Shown here: positions 25,912 to 32,155 of the stretch, piece by piece
How positions within the stretch are numbered: position 1 is the first letter of the stretch
Layout: each line of letters opens with the position of its first letter
DNA from: Patescibacteria group bacterium
Lineage (GTDB): Bacteria > Patescibacteriota > Minisyncoccia > Phycocordibacterales > CAIRYW01
NCBI GenBank assembly: GCA_040390775.1
Contig: JAZJXR010000025.1
Coordinates: forward strand, 1-38,175
Direction: 5' to 3'
Length of the DNA: 38,175 bases
Position numbers and translations under genes: made by a program
The notes under the pieces: model-generated
What the model saw: only the letters and a program-made list of their open reading frames with translations
Told to the model about the DNA's origin: nothing
Database searches by the model: none

Positions 25912-26494
25912 GGGGAGAATTATGGACAAAAACACCAGAATTGATCATGTGAATATGAGGAGAATTGCTAATGTACTTGAGAATTTTTCAAAAGAAATTA
26001 ATTGTTCTTATGAAGAATTAGTGAGTAAAAATAGGAGATCAGATATGGTACGAGCTAGAGCAACGCTTACTTTGGCTTGTTTGAAAGAAGGATTTTCATA
26101 TTCCAGTATTGCAAAATTTCTTAATAGAGATCATACAACCATCATGTACTTAGCCAATGCGTACAAAGATGATTTTTCAATAAGAAGGATTGTGGCTGAA
26201 AAACCTATAAAAAAAATACTAAAACCTATAAAAGAACCAAGAGAGATCGAGCCCGGTGTACGCGTACCCCTAAACCATAGTATCTATAATGAAGTATATA
26301 TAAAATTTCAAGCAAGATGCGCTGTATGTAATTTTGACGAAGTCACAGAGGTTCATCATATAATCCCAGTGAAATTAGGTGGTTCAAACGATATAGAGAA
26401 TTTGATACTTTTATGCCCGAATCATCATAAATTAGCTGATAAAGGTATGTTGAATATAAAAGATATCCCCAATTCATCCACGCCGTCCACATAG
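25907..26494 (+). CDS. DnaA domain IV (DnaA-box-binding HTH) fused to an HNH endonuclease
   Basis: RRSDMVRARATLTLACLKEGFSYSSIAKFLNRDHTTIMYLANAY matches the DnaA C-terminal signature, including RDHTT. The C-terminal CAVCNF..EVHHIIPVKLGGSNDIENLILLCPNHHKLAD is an HNH core. No AAA+ motifs. Alternative start at ATG 25922. Confidence 0.7.
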   Translation: MMGRIMDKNTRIDHVNMRRIANVLENFSKEINCSYEELVSKNRRSDMVRARATLTLACLKEGFSYSSIAKFLNRDHTTIMYLANAYKDDFSIRRIVAEKPIKKILKPIKEPREIEPGVRVPLNHSIYNEVYIKFQARCAVCNFDEVTEVHHIIPVKLGGSNDIENLILLCPNHHKLADKGMLNIKDIPNSSTPST

Positions 26495-26581
26495 CATTCT
26501 TCTTATTATTAAGTATTTATATATAAAAGATCTAGGGCGCTGGGGATAGGAAAAACTTGGCTTGCTCGATTTGACGTGGGG

Positions 26582-26587
26582 TATAAT
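26582..26587 (+). promoter_or_regulatory. Perfect TATAAT located 6 nt before ATG 26594
   Basis: TATAAT-atttct-ATG. The -35 is weak (TTGGCT at 19-nt spacing). Confidence 0.3.
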
Positions 26588-26593
26588 ATTTCT

Positions 26594-27016
26594 ATGAAAC
26601 CAAAATTTAAGAGAAAATTAGTATTCTTCCTTTCCATAAATCCGTACTCCCAAGATTTGTGCGTAGTACTAAACGGTCAATTTTCGGATGCTATTGCCGA
26701 AATCAGAAAATTGAAAACGGAAAATGCGAAATCTATCGTAAATTTCTACGAAGAAAACAAAGAAATCTACAAAAATGATCATGAGGTAGGAAAAGGATGT
26801 GCGAAGCTTTTTACCGAATTGCCTGTAGGTTATGTGATGCTGATCGAACATTGCGATAGCTGGATTGAAAGCGTAGGACTTGTGGTGCATGAATCATTGC
26901 ATCTCGTCCATTACATCCTCCGCCGGGCAGGTATTGATCTATGCAAGGATAGCGAAGAGGCTTTTACTTATCTTCAAGAAAAGATTGTAGAAGATATTCT
27001 GGCAAAGATGTATTAG
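26594..27016 (+). CDS. Small HExxH zinc-metallopeptidase-like protein
   Basis: VVHESLHLVHYI contains HExxH. About 140 aa. An upstream GTG at 26576 is an alternative start. Confidence 0.45.
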   Translation: MKPKFKRKLVFFLSINPYSQDLCVVLNGQFSDAIAEIRKLKTENAKSIVNFYEENKEIYKNDHEVGKGCAKLFTELPVGYVMLIEHCDSWIESVGLVVHESLHLVHYILRRAGIDLCKDSEEAFTYLQEKIVEDILAKMY

Positions 27017-27017
27017 A

Positions 27018-27031
27018 AGATATCCACAGGT
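27018..27031 (+). repeat. AGATATCCACAGGT element, copy 2
   Basis: Identical to 18576-18589. It begins 1 nt after the stop at 27014-16 and ends 5 nt before a -35 hexamer. Confidence 0.5.
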
Positions 27032-27036
27032 AAGCA

Positions 27037-27064
27037 TTGCGTCTGCATTGCATTGTGATATACT
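27037..27064 (+). promoter_or_regulatory. Sigma70-like promoter with an extended -10, 6 nt before ATG 27071
   Basis: TTGCGT, 16-nt spacer, TGaTATACT. It shares the 13-mer ATTGTGATATACT with 687-699. Confidence 0.45.
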
Positions 27065-27070
27065 GCCTGC

Positions 27071-27217
27071 ATGAAGAAAGATATTATGCAAAACATCGTA
27101 TTCCGTGTGCCATCAAAGCTCCGGAGAGTATTTATTATCAAAGCAAACAAAGAAAGCACGCCGTCGAGCGTGCTGCGCGCCTTTGTCGGGGCGTATGTAA
27201 ATAATCAAGCAAAGTAA
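27071..27217 (+). CDS. Ribbon-helix-helix (CopG/Arc-like) DNA-binding protein, 48 aa
   Basis: MKKDIMQNIVFRVPSKLRRVFIIKANKESTPSSVLRAFVGAYVNNQAK shows a beta-strand IVFRVP followed by two helices, typical of the RHH fold. Below the ORF-track cutoff. Confidence 0.45.
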   Translation: MKKDIMQNIVFRVPSKLRRVFIIKANKESTPSSVLRAFVGAYVNNQAK

Positions 27218-27218
27218 T

Positions 27219-27455
27219 ATGTACTACGTTTTTTTAGCAATTTTTGGTCTTTTAATTCTGATGCTGCGCCGCAATAATCTCATTTATGAAGAGAGGAGAA
27301 GGGTGCTCGATGTGATATCAAAAATGGCGGATGAATCAATCGAAAAGGGCGAAGAGTGGAAAGTACACTACAAAATCCTAGATCGCTATACCTACAATCA
27401 GATGATGCTTAAATTCTGGCGGCCGGTGAGCTGGTTTTATCAAGATATTCAATAA
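27219..27455 (+). CDS. Small membrane protein (78 aa)
   Basis: N-terminal TM segment YYVFLAIFGLLILML followed by a charged domain. Confidence 0.5.
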   Translation: MYYVFLAIFGLLILMLRRNNLIYEERRRVLDVISKMADESIEKGEEWKVHYKILDRYTYNQMMLKFWRPVSWFYQDIQ

Positions 27456-27460
27456 ACAAA

Positions 27461-27526
27461 ATGAGAAATATTATTACATTTATCGTAGCGGTATTGGTGG
27501 GAGGAAGCTTGGCAATTTTAATTTAA
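27461..27526 (+). CDS. Tiny hydrophobic peptide (21 aa), speculative
   Basis: MRNIITFIVAVLVGGSLAILI, followed by a terminator hairpin. Confidence 0.2.
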   Translation: MRNIITFIVAVLVGGSLAILI

Positions 27527-27537
27527 AAATCGAAAAT

Positions 27538-27565
27538 AGATGAAGGGGATCAACCCTCTTCATCT
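27538..27565 (+). terminator. Intrinsic terminator-like hairpin
   Basis: AGATGAAGGGG atcaa CCC(t)CTTCATCT gives 11 bp with one bulge. A second small hairpin and an AT/T-rich tract follow. Confidence 0.4.
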
Positions 27566-27603
27566 GCTCTCGAAGCAGAGATTATTATTTAAAATATTCA
27601 TTT

Positions 27604-27807
27604 ATGAAAACAAAAATAATGAAAGTGGCGATAGTGGCAGCGGCAGTGATGTCTTTTGCTCCTTTAGCGCTCGCGTCTTGTGTTCCAGCAGGGCTCGGTC
27701 ATATTTACTATGATCCTACGTACGTTCCTTTCTATCAAGAAAAGACTGTATTCGTAGAGGACTCTGGTGCGACACAGCCAGTACAGCCAGCGGCGCCTGT
27801 ATGGTAG
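27604..27807 (+). CDS. Lipoprotein (67 aa)
   Basis: Signal peptide with lipobox: MKTKIMKVAIVAAAVMSFAPLALA-S-C. Hairpins flank the gene on both sides. Confidence 0.6.
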   Translation: MKTKIMKVAIVAAAVMSFAPLALASCVPAGLGHIYYDPTYVPFYQEKTVFVEDSGATQPVQPAAPVW

Positions 27808-27828
27808 ATGGCAGATAGAGCTTTCAGA

Positions 27829-27850
27829 CTGGAGATCCTAGGATCTCCAG
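27829..27850. promoter_or_regulatory. Perfect 22-bp palindrome CTGGAGATCCTAGGATCTCCAG
   Basis: Read directly from the sequence. It can form a 9-bp stem with a 4-nt loop, but no U tract follows. Confidence 0.4.
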
Positions 27851-27880
27851 AAATGAGGACTTTATAAATCAGAAAAATAA

Positions 27881-28438
27881 ATGTGGAATTCAACCTTTAA
27901 AACCAAATCATTTGATGAGATCGCTAAAGCGCGAAGAATCAAAGATGATAAAAATCGGGCCAACATTCTCAAAAATGGAATGACTACCTTCTACACAAAT
28001 CCTAGAAAGGCTCTTCGAAAGCACTCTACAGCCCCCACTGCGCGCTTAGAAAGGGCTCTCTGGGCGATCTTCTCCCTGTTTGTGAAGATACGCGACGGCT
28101 GGCGATGCTTTCTCTGTGGCAAGCGTTCTGTGGGCTCTGGCATGCATGCCGGACACTTCATCGAAGATGCTGTTGGTGGTGTGGCGCTCCGATACCACGA
28201 AATGAACGTGCACGCTGAATGTTCTTTCTGTAATCTATACCGAGAAGGCCACAAGGAAGCCTATGAAAAGAAAATGCTTGAGACATATGGCGAAGAAGCT
28301 GTACAAAAGCTAAAGGATCTAAAAAACACCACAATCTATGGCTTTGACTACAAAACTCAAACAGCCTATTACAAAGAGCAGGTATCAAACATGAAACTTC
28401 ACGGTCCATTATCATTTAACGAATCCATAGGATATTAA
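27881..28438 (+). CDS. ninG: NinG/Rap-like structure-specific (HNH-type) endonuclease
   Basis: LFVKIRDGWRCFLCGK....HAGHFIE....LRYHEMNVHAECSFCNLYREGH matches the NinG family core (IRxRD, C..C, GH, N..QC..CN). Confidence 0.7.
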   Translation: MWNSTFKTKSFDEIAKARRIKDDKNRANILKNGMTTFYTNPRKALRKHSTAPTARLERALWAIFSLFVKIRDGWRCFLCGKRSVGSGMHAGHFIEDAVGGVALRYHEMNVHAECSFCNLYREGHKEAYEKKMLETYGEEAVQKLKDLKNTTIYGFDYKTQTAYYKEQVSNMKLHGPLSFNESIGY

Positions 28439-28439
28439 A

Positions 28440-28880
28440 ATGTCTCTAAAAAACTCTACAAGCAATACCACTCGAACATTCGAGAAGATTCAAAAAGTGC
28501 TTTCAGAGCACGGGGCGAATAAGATCATGTTTGACTATGAGAAAAATCTACCTTCTTGCATCACTTTCCAAATCGATGTGGAGGGCAATCCGATATCATT
28601 CCGGCTTCCTGCATTGATCGACAACGTAATGCAGATCATGTATGGCGGCAAGGATAGATACGGAAATATTAAGAAAATCACGGATATACAGCGCGAGCAA
28701 GCATACCGCACTGGCTGGGCCAATATCCGAGATTGGGTAGATGCCCAGATGGCGCTCATAGACACAAAGCAGGTAAAACTGATTCAAGTGTTCCTGCCAT
28801 ATGCTGTCACAAAATCCGGGCAGACTGTATTTGAAAAGATGGCCGAGAATCCCCAATTTTTACTAGGTGAATCAAACTAA
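28440..28880 (+). CDS. Hypothetical protein (146 aa)
   Basis: ATG starts 1 nt after the ninG stop. No motif recognised with confidence. Confidence 0.6.
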   Translation: MSLKNSTSNTTRTFEKIQKVLSEHGANKIMFDYEKNLPSCITFQIDVEGNPISFRLPALIDNVMQIMYGGKDRYGNIKKITDIQREQAYRTGWANIRDWVDAQMALIDTKQVKLIQVFLPYAVTKSGQTVFEKMAENPQFLLGESN

Positions 28881-28881
28881 A

Positions 28882-29085
28882 ATGCCCAAACCCACACAAC
28901 AAGAACAATTCCTCCGCATTAAAGATTTCGTAGATTCTGTATCTATGATGGCGAATAAGCTGCTGCGCGATGTACCCAAAACCCTTGAGATCCTCGAGCA
29001 ATCGATGGAGACCGACACGAGCCAGACTGGCCCGGCTTTGCTACAGCTTCTCAAAGCATTGAGAGAGGATAAGGAGGGATTTTAG
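28882..29085 (+). CDS. Hypothetical protein (67 aa from ATG 28882)
   Basis: The ORF track starts at 28867. ATG 28882 lies 1 nt after the upstream stop and avoids the overlap. Confidence 0.5.
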   Translation: MPKPTQQEQFLRIKDFVDSVSMMANKLLRDVPKTLEILEQSMETDTSQTGPALLQLLKALREDKEGF

Positions 29086-29092
29086 CCGTTCT

Positions 29093-29230
29093 TTGAAAGG
29101 TAAGAGAGAAATCGCCCCTCCCGTAGAGATTGTGGGCCGCCCGCCTAATGCACAGAATAAGCGGGACTTGGAAACAAGTGTACACGCTTTCCGCAATCTC
29201 TACAGGGGTGGTGAAGGGATTATTAAATAA
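29093..29230 (+). CDS. Speculative 45-codon TTG-initiated ORF filling the 154-nt gap
   Basis: The frame is open across the whole gap. AAGGAGGG lies 15 nt upstream, which is too far for a canonical SD. A structured RNA is the alternative reading (see findings). Confidence 0.25.
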   Translation: MKGKREIAPPVEIVGRPPNAQNKRDLETSVHAFRNLYRGGEGIIK

Positions 29231-29239
29231 AGATAAAAT

Positions 29240-29425
29240 ATGAACAAATTTGTGTACAAAGTAAGTGGGTTGAAAGGTTCTGTTGTTTATACCGACTTTC
29301 AATCTGAAGTAGAAATAACAATTGAGGCGAAGAAAATCAGCGAAGCAACAGATAAAATAAGGCAATATTTTGCTGATAATTTTCTCCAAGCAAATCAAAT
29401 AGTCTTGATTAAGATTGCTCTTTAA
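29240..29425 (+). CDS. Hypothetical protein (61 aa)
   Basis: ATG ORF, first gene of a tightly coupled gene chain. Confidence 0.5.
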   Translation: MNKFVYKVSGLKGSVVYTDFQSEVEITIEAKKISEATDKIRQYFADNFLQANQIVLIKIAL

Positions 29426-29451
29426 TTTTTACCCCCTAAAGACAAATCACT

Positions 29452-29949
29452 ATGAAAACATATAAAGTAAAACCAAATCGCAATCAATCACCAGAAGAGA
29501 TGCTAAAGGCTACTGGATACAAACTATACACTGATAGCGATGTAGTGAAGACTATACCAAAAGGCGAAGGCGAATCAGAGATGCATTTCTTTAAGCTTGA
29601 TAGATATGTCACAGATGAAGAGCTGGAAAAAGAATATACAGATAGAGGCTTAATCCCTGCCGATCCGTATTCCATGCTAGCTCTTCCTACTAAAGATCTT
29701 GATGAAATGAAATACGTAGGAACGCATTGGAAAGATGCCGACAGAAAGTGGTGCTTTGCCGCGTGGAGCCTCTGGCGCGGCGAGCGTTACGTGCACGTCA
29801 GTCGCCGCGACGCGCACTGGCGCGGCCCTTGGTTCTTTGCTGGCCTTCGCAAGTTAGATCTTGGCGCTAAAACCCTTGAATCCAAGCCCTCAAAACCTTT
29901 GACTTTTTGCCCTTTCTGCCAGCATGAGCTAAAAATAACAATAGAATGA
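29452..29949 (+). CDS. Hypothetical protein (165 aa) with a conserved-looking Trp/Arg-rich C-terminal half
   Basis: ..HWKDADRKWCFAAWSLWRGERYVHVSRRDAHWRGPWFFAGLRK.. is encoded by a locally GC-rich stretch. C-terminal CPFC. Confidence 0.6.
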   Translation: MKTYKVKPNRNQSPEEMLKATGYKLYTDSDVVKTIPKGEGESEMHFFKLDRYVTDEELEKEYTDRGLIPADPYSMLALPTKDLDEMKYVGTHWKDADRKWCFAAWSLWRGERYVHVSRRDAHWRGPWFFAGLRKLDLGAKTLESKPSKPLTFCPFCQHELKITIE

Positions 29950-30125
29950 CTAAACCAAAATCAAAAGAGAGGATAGCAAAATTGTCTAAAGTAGAAAAAG
30001 CAATTGTTTACCTAGCCGAAATGATGCAAGACCCTATGCACGACCAGTATAGAATAAGAGCACAGGTAATAGATATTCTTGGCTATGAATGGCAACCACT
30101 CCCCTCTACAAAACCAAAGCGATGA
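29946..30125 (+). CDS. Hypothetical protein (59 aa)
   Basis: ATGA overlaps at both ends. Below the ORF-track cutoff. Confidence 0.45.
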   Translation: MTKPKSKERIAKLSKVEKAIVYLAEMMQDPMHDQYRIRAQVIDILGYEWQPLPSTKPKR

Positions 30126-30547
30126 AAGAAGAAACACCAATAGATAGCTTTGCGGAAAGATTGAATGTATTTTGGAATGAACACGACGGCGATACTTTCT
30201 ACAAAGATGAACTTAGGAGCTTCATCAAAGAAGAAAAATCCCTCTCCTACTCCCAAGGCCATAAGAGTGCTGTGGAGGAGGTGAGGGGGATATGGGATAA
30301 TTTGGAGATTCTTTTAGAAAATACGCTTTCAACAGAGATTCTCGCCCGCAGCCCAGAAGATACAAATATTGAAAGAAATATTCGCAAACCACTACAAAAC
30401 ATCCTCTCCCTCCTATCCCACTTAGATGAGGAGAAATGTAATCACATGATCCTCACACCTTCACCAGAGCATAACGGTGGCGCGTGGTGCTACGAAAATA
30501 AACCTTGTCCGTGGCACCCTATTACCAAAGACGATAATAATAAATAA
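30122..30547 (+). CDS. Hypothetical protein (141 aa from ATG 30122)
   Basis: In frame with track ORF 30089. ATG 30122 forms an ATGA overlap with the upstream stop. Confidence 0.55.
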   Translation: MKEETPIDSFAERLNVFWNEHDGDTFYKDELRSFIKEEKSLSYSQGHKSAVEEVRGIWDNLEILLENTLSTEILARSPEDTNIERNIRKPLQNILSLLSHLDEEKCNHMILTPSPEHNGGAWCYENKPCPWHPITKDDNNK

Positions 30548-30548
30548 A

Positions 30549-30707
30549 ATGATCCACTACAAAGACAAAACATTCTGCGCAAGTAAGGTAAGCGAGCATA
30601 CCTGTGGCCGAGAGCTAACAAAAGAAGACGAAGAGGATGCGAAGAGAATAGGATTGCCAATAGCGTACGGCAAGTTTTGTGAAGAGATTATCCAAGAAGA
30701 AGTATGA
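30549..30707 (+). CDS. Small Cys-containing protein (52 aa)
   Basis: ATG starts 1 nt after the upstream stop. The track ORF 30477 is an upstream GTG extension overlapping the previous gene. Confidence 0.45.
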   Translation: MIHYKDKTFCASKVSEHTCGRELTKEDEEDAKRIGLPIAYGKFCEEIIQEEV

Positions 30708-30898
30708 GATACAAACATAAACACAAATGGGTACTAGAATACACTAACGCTGGAACTTGCGGAGAAGGATTGCTTTACTTCTGCAAGCGGGGCAAATGTG
30801 GGCGATGCAAAGAATTTAAGGAAACTACTGGTGAAATCCACATCGCTTATAGAAATGAAATCAATAGATTAAAAGAACTTATCCAAGAAGAGCAATGA
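30704..30898 (+). CDS. Small Cys-rich (zinc-ribbon-like) protein (64 aa)
   Basis: CGEGLLYFCKRGKCGRC. ATGA overlaps at both ends. Confidence 0.5.
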   Translation: MRYKHKHKWVLEYTNAGTCGEGLLYFCKRGKCGRCKEFKETTGEIHIAYRNEINRLKELIQEEQ

Positions 30899-31089
30899 AG
30901 AACTTTCTTTACTACATCATTATTTACGCAGGAATGTGTATAGGATTACGATTTGAAGGCATACACAGTATCTTCGATTGGATTGTGCAAATGTTCTGTA
31001 TTATGCCAGCTTTTTATTTATATGCTGTTGGATTTTGGAAAGTATCGAACGAAGAATTACCAGCCCCCCAAGAAGAAATAAACAAATGA
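30895..31089 (+). CDS. Small membrane protein (64 aa, two hydrophobic segments)
   Basis: FLYYIIIYAGMCIGL and MFCIMPAFYLYAVGFW. Confidence 0.5.
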   Translation: MKNFLYYIIIYAGMCIGLRFEGIHSIFDWIVQMFCIMPAFYLYAVGFWKVSNEELPAPQEEINK

Positions 31090-31376
31090 AAAACAAACCT
31101 TTTTTTAAAGAATGGGAAGCCACAACGAATCAGCTAGCCGAGCAATTCGCCCTGAAGTATTTCGGTAAAGACGTAGAAACCTATTGGATAGCCGATGAAA
31201 TTGGCGGTGTGTATTCTGTAGCGGATTATTTCTTCAACGTGAATACTATGGCCGATTTTCTGCGCTATAATTACACTCGAAAATCAATGTTTGAGTATTA
31301 TGATTATCATTTAAAATGCCTTGAGAACAAAGAAAGTCCTATTAATATTAAAGCTTGGAGGCATCTAAAAAAATGA
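31086..31376 (+). CDS. Hypothetical protein (96 aa from ATG 31086)
   Basis: The track ORF 30978 extends upstream over the previous gene. ATG 31086 gives an ATGA junction. Confidence 0.55.
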   Translation: MKNKPFFKEWEATTNQLAEQFALKYFGKDVETYWIADEIGGVYSVADYFFNVNTMADFLRYNYTRKSMFEYYDYHLKCLENKESPINIKAWRHLKK

Positions 31377-31534
31377 AAGACACCATAGAAATACCAAGGA
31401 AGTGGCTGGAGAGATTGATGCAGGTAGCTAAATTCGTAGACAAATCGCAAGATTACAAAATAAAAAACGCTTATATTTCTCAAGTACTCGGCTACATAGA
31501 ATCTGCGGAGTACTTATTAGATAACAAACAATAG
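31373..31534 (+). CDS. Hypothetical protein (53 aa)
   Basis: ATGA overlap upstream. MKDTIEIPRKWLERLMQVAKF... Confidence 0.45.
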   Translation: MKDTIEIPRKWLERLMQVAKFVDKSQDYKIKNAYISQVLGYIESAEYLLDNKQ

Positions 31535-31536
31535 AA

Positions 31537-31707
31537 ATGAAAGAGAAACAAATAGAGGAGATGATAAAAGAATGGCAAGATGTTTATTATGAATGGGTTA
31601 AAAGTTTTGATCCAAGAGAGCTTCAACAGGTAGCCTCCGACTTCTGGCTCTCTAAAGTAAAAGCCGCATATGAGCAAGGATTATCAGAACAAGAGAATGG
31701 GAGATGA
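31537..31707 (+). CDS. Hypothetical protein (56 aa)
   Basis: Starts 2 nt after the upstream stop. ATGA overlap downstream. Confidence 0.45.
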   Translation: MKEKQIEEMIKEWQDVYYEWVKSFDPRELQQVASDFWLSKVKAAYEQGLSEQENGR

Positions 31708-32042
31708 CATACGAATTAGCTAAAAAATTGAAGGATGCAGGATTTCCACAAAAGAGTGGGAATTATTATGTTGGTGATGAAGTGTGGGATGAAACAGCAC
31801 AGAGCGATTATGAGACTAGGGCGACACCAAAAAGAGACAATTGGATTTATGCCCCTACCCTCTCCGAACTCATAGAGGCATGTGGGCCCACTTTCCGAAA
31901 ACTAAAAGCACCTACCTCGACAACAAATCAATGGATAGCGGCGCAATTCAAAGCAGAAGAAAATAACGAACCAGCATATGCTGTAGGAAGTACCCCCGAA
32001 GAAGCAGTAGCAAATCTCTGGCTCGTATTGAATGAAAAATGA
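31704..32042 (+). CDS. Hypothetical protein, YELAKKLKDAGFP family, paralogue 1
   Basis: Shares its N-terminus, the PxLSELIEA core and the TPEEAVANLWLV tail with 34035..34360. Confidence 0.6.
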   Translation: MTYELAKKLKDAGFPQKSGNYYVGDEVWDETAQSDYETRATPKRDNWIYAPTLSELIEACGPTFRKLKAPTSTTNQWIAAQFKAEENNEPAYAVGSTPEEAVANLWLVLNEK

Positions 32043-32155
32043 AACCCCTAGACACTCTTGTACTACTAGGATACACACTGTTTTGGATGCCGGTGGAGGT
32101 GGTGTGGGAAGTGTCGGGATTTATTATAAAAACTACGCTAAAATATACTAAATGA
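32039..32155 (+). CDS. Small hydrophobic protein (38 aa)
   Basis: ATGA overlaps at both ends bridge the neighbouring genes. Confidence 0.35.
   Translation: MKPLDTLVLLGYTLFWMPVEVVWEVSGFIIKTTLKYTK

Noticed and set aside
25591-25948. Minus-strand ORFs 25591..25848 (85 aa) and 25670..25948 (92 aa) inside the long non-coding region.
   Set aside because: They would be the only minus-strand genes. They have no start context or motif, run across the terminator hairpin and the DnaA boxes, and overlap each other. The regulatory or origin reading explains the region better.
29750-29850. Local GC-rich island with a direct repeat CTGGCGCGGC x2 and a small palindrome GTCGC-c-GCGAC inside gene 29452..29949.
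   Set aside because: It is explained by the amino-acid content of the segment (W, R, G and A codons: WSLWRGERYVHVSRRDAHWRGPW). The repeats encode the same WRG tripeptide. There is no independent evidence for a DNA-level element.
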